From the NCBI GenBank assembly GCA_964016885.1, contig OZ024740.1:44578001-44642000 (forward strand): a DNA stretch of 64,000 nucleotides, written 5' to 3'. The DNA is from Eledone cirrhosa (lineage: Eukaryota). The position numbers and the translations under genes are program-made. The notes under the pieces are model-generated. The model saw nothing but the letters and a program-made list of their open reading frames with translations. It ran no database searches and was not told the DNA's origin. Shown piece by piece: positions 61,845-64,000 of this stretch; positions within the stretch are counted from its first letter, which is position 1, and each line of letters begins with the position of its first letter.

Positions 61845-63173
61845 CTCACGTTTTGGTCCTCGCGTTGTAGAACATGCTTGAACTTTCTTTCCTCAGCTTC
61901 CCTTCTTGCTAAGTACACTTGTCTCCTAGCTTCCCTCCTGGCCACTTGATAGTCTTCTCTACTTCCCCCATCCCGCCATACTTTCCAAGCCTGCTTTTTG
62001 GCCTTAATTGACCCCTCCACCTTACTGTTCCACCACCATGTTACTCTCCTCCTGCCTACAGGCCTGCTCCAGCCACAGACTTCGTCTGTCGCCATCAGCA
62101 GGTTTGCTTTCAGAAATTCCCACTGTCCCTCTATATTGTCCGACTCTAAATGTTCTTCCTTACTGTCGAAAGCATCAAGTAATATGCTTTGATATTTATT
62201 TCTGGCTGTGGGGTCCTTTAGCTTCCATATTTTTCTCCTGAGGATAGTCCTCTTCTGCTGTCGAGTACGTCTCATCCTGACTATGAGGTCGCTAATTAAC
62301 AGTCTATGTTGGGAGGTGCATTCTTCATGGGGGAGGGATTTAGTGTTTACAACAGACACTCTGTCACATCTTCTGGTAAGGATATAATCTACCTGGCTTG
62401 TGTGTTCCCCGGATCTATAGGTGATCAGGTGATTGTCACGTTTTTTGAAGTTAGTGTTACAGATAGTTAGGTTATTTGCATCACAGAATTCCAGGATTCT
62501 GGAGCCTTCCTCATTTCTAGTACCAAACCCATAGCCTCCATGGATTTCGTCGTAGCCGTCACAATGTTGTCCAACGTGACCATTTAGGTCGCCTGCAATA
62601 ATTATATAGTCACTGTCGGATATTTGGGAGGTAGTTAGCATCAGTGTCTCATAGAATCTGTCTTTTATAGTGCCGGGCAGTCCGGATTGGGGTGCGTACG
62701 CAGATATTACTGTCACCGTAGTTCTATTGAGGACAAGTCGTATTTTAATTATTCTGTCGTTCACTCTATTTACGTCTATTATCTTATCTGCCCACTTTTC
62801 TGCTACCATGATTCCTACTCCACCCAGCCCATCGTCGTTTCCCACCCAGAAAAGCTTATAACATCGTTTTTTACCCTCAATGAATCTAGCAGACCCACCC
62901 CTCCACCTGGTCTCTTGAATACAACAAACATCGACCTCCTTACGTTCAAGAATTTCTACAACCTCGTTAGCGCGAACCTTTAGGGTGCCTACATTTATGG
63001 TACCAACTCTGAAGTTTTGGATTGCGTTTCGGGGTTGGGGGCGGTGGGGGTGGGGGGGATAGGGGGGGGGGGGGGGGGGGGGGGTTATGTTAGCCGTCCG
63101 CGGTCGAAACAATGAGGAGTGCTCGCATTCTCGTCCATGAGGTGAATTTGTCTTTATCTTTATCTTTGGCATT
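61845..63173 (-). CDS. RTE ORF, N-terminal part: APE endonuclease and linker
   Basis: GTINVGTL, CIQETRW, SAYAPQ, GDLNGHVG, QVDYIL, SQHRLL, WWWN. Confidence 0.88.
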
Positions 63174-63279
63174 GTCGCTGAGCGTCCAGATTTTTCTCTC
63201 TCTCCTCCACTCTCCAGGATTCCGCAGTCCATCCATCCATCATATATCAAAAGGCAACCAGGCAAGCGATAGTATAGGC

Positions 63280-63385
63280 CTCTGGCTTATGATTGGTCCG
63301 CGTGATAATAATACTGGTGATGCGTGGGGTCTGGCTTATGATTGGTCCACGTAATAACAATGGTGGTGCGTGGGGGCGGGAGGGA
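63280..63385 (-). promoter_or_regulatory. Two 49-bp tandem monomers with CCAAT boxes in the RTE 5' UTR (putative internal promoter)
   Basis: ctggcttatgattggtcc at 63282 and 63331, i.e. GGACCAATCA on the minus strand. Confidence 0.5.
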
Positions 63386-63411
63386 GGGGTGTTGGGTATA
63401 TATATATATTA

Positions 63412-63451
<40 letters not shown>

Positions 63452-63569
63452 TTTTTAAGTATTTCCGTAGAAATAGATTCTGGAAACTTTTGGTAATGGA
63501 ATAATTATATTGTGTTGTTTATTATATAAATAATAATAATAATAATAATTGTTATTATTATTATTATTA

Positions 63570-63752
63570 TTATTTCTACTTTTGGCACAAAGCCACCAAT
63601 TATCCCAGTGCATTACTGGTACTTTATTTTATTGACCCCGTAAGGTTGAAAGGCAAAGTTAACCTCGGCGAGATTTGAACTCAGACCATAAAGGGCCGTA
63701 ACTCTTTGCTGCAAAGCATGGCGTCCGACCCTCTACTGATACTGCCAATCCA
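63570..63752 (-). mobile_element. Full-length tRNA-headed Nin/Deu-core SINE with (AAT)n tail
   Basis: Minus strand tggcagtatcag, B box gttcaaatc, core gcctttcaaccttacggggtcaataaaat; (TAA)n-rich DNA on both sides. Confidence 0.82.
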
Positions 63753-63791
63753 TAATAATAATAATATATATTATTATTATTATTATTATTA

Positions 63792-63844
<53 letters not shown>

Positions 63845-63851
63845 CATATAC

Positions 63852-63941
<90 letters not shown>

Positions 63942-64000
63942 TCATCATCATTTTACGTCCGCTTTTCCCTGCTTGCAAGGGTGGGACGAGAACTGATTCT

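Larger units (their letters stand above)
59588..63396 (-). mobile_element. Near full-length RTE-clade LINE inserted between (TA)n tracts
   Basis: 5' UTR, APE + RT ORF with one frameshift, 3' UTR and (ATG)n tail; (TA)n at 59546-59587 and 63397-63442. Confidence 0.95.

Noticed and set aside
63040-63084. G-run as a functional G-quadruplex or polyproline domain
   Set aside because: Homopolymer length is unreliable and nothing in the sequence supports a function beyond the run itself
1-64000. Window start and end look like inverted repeats ([12 protein letters not shown] ORFs)
   Set aside because: They are independent short copies of a common retroposon tail plus (TA)n; a third copy is at 33637-33693

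Overview
Eukaryotic, AT-rich, microsatellite-laden DNA with no recognisable host gene. The repeat families suggest a cephalopod/octopus genome, but that is inference. The window is essentially a retroelement graveyard plus one giant satellite. (1) 1-8.7 kb: nested and truncated CR1 and RTE LINE fragments and SINEs. (2) 8.7-12.7 kb: near full-length R4/Dong-type RLE retrotransposon on the minus strand, with a candidate HDV-like ribozyme at its 5' end. (3) 14-26 kb: two head-to-tail L1/Tx1-type LINEs separated and flanked by (ATT)n. Their ORF2s are nearly identical but their ORF1/5' regions are strongly divergent. (4) 26-34.5 kb: SINE/MITE debris. (5) 34.5-58.5 kb: about 500 copies of a 48-bp unit with higher-order structure; the unit resembles the ~50-bp internal repeat of the local RTE/SINE 3' UTR. 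(6) 59.6-63.4 kb: near full-length RTE LINE (APE + RT + PHD-like finger), minus strand. The most notable observations are the apparent retroposon origin of the satellite, ORF1/5' module swapping in the tandem Tx1 pair, shared use of the TAA/ATT microsatellite by two LINE clades, two ribozyme candidates and an inverted RTE. All alignments and folds were done by eye.
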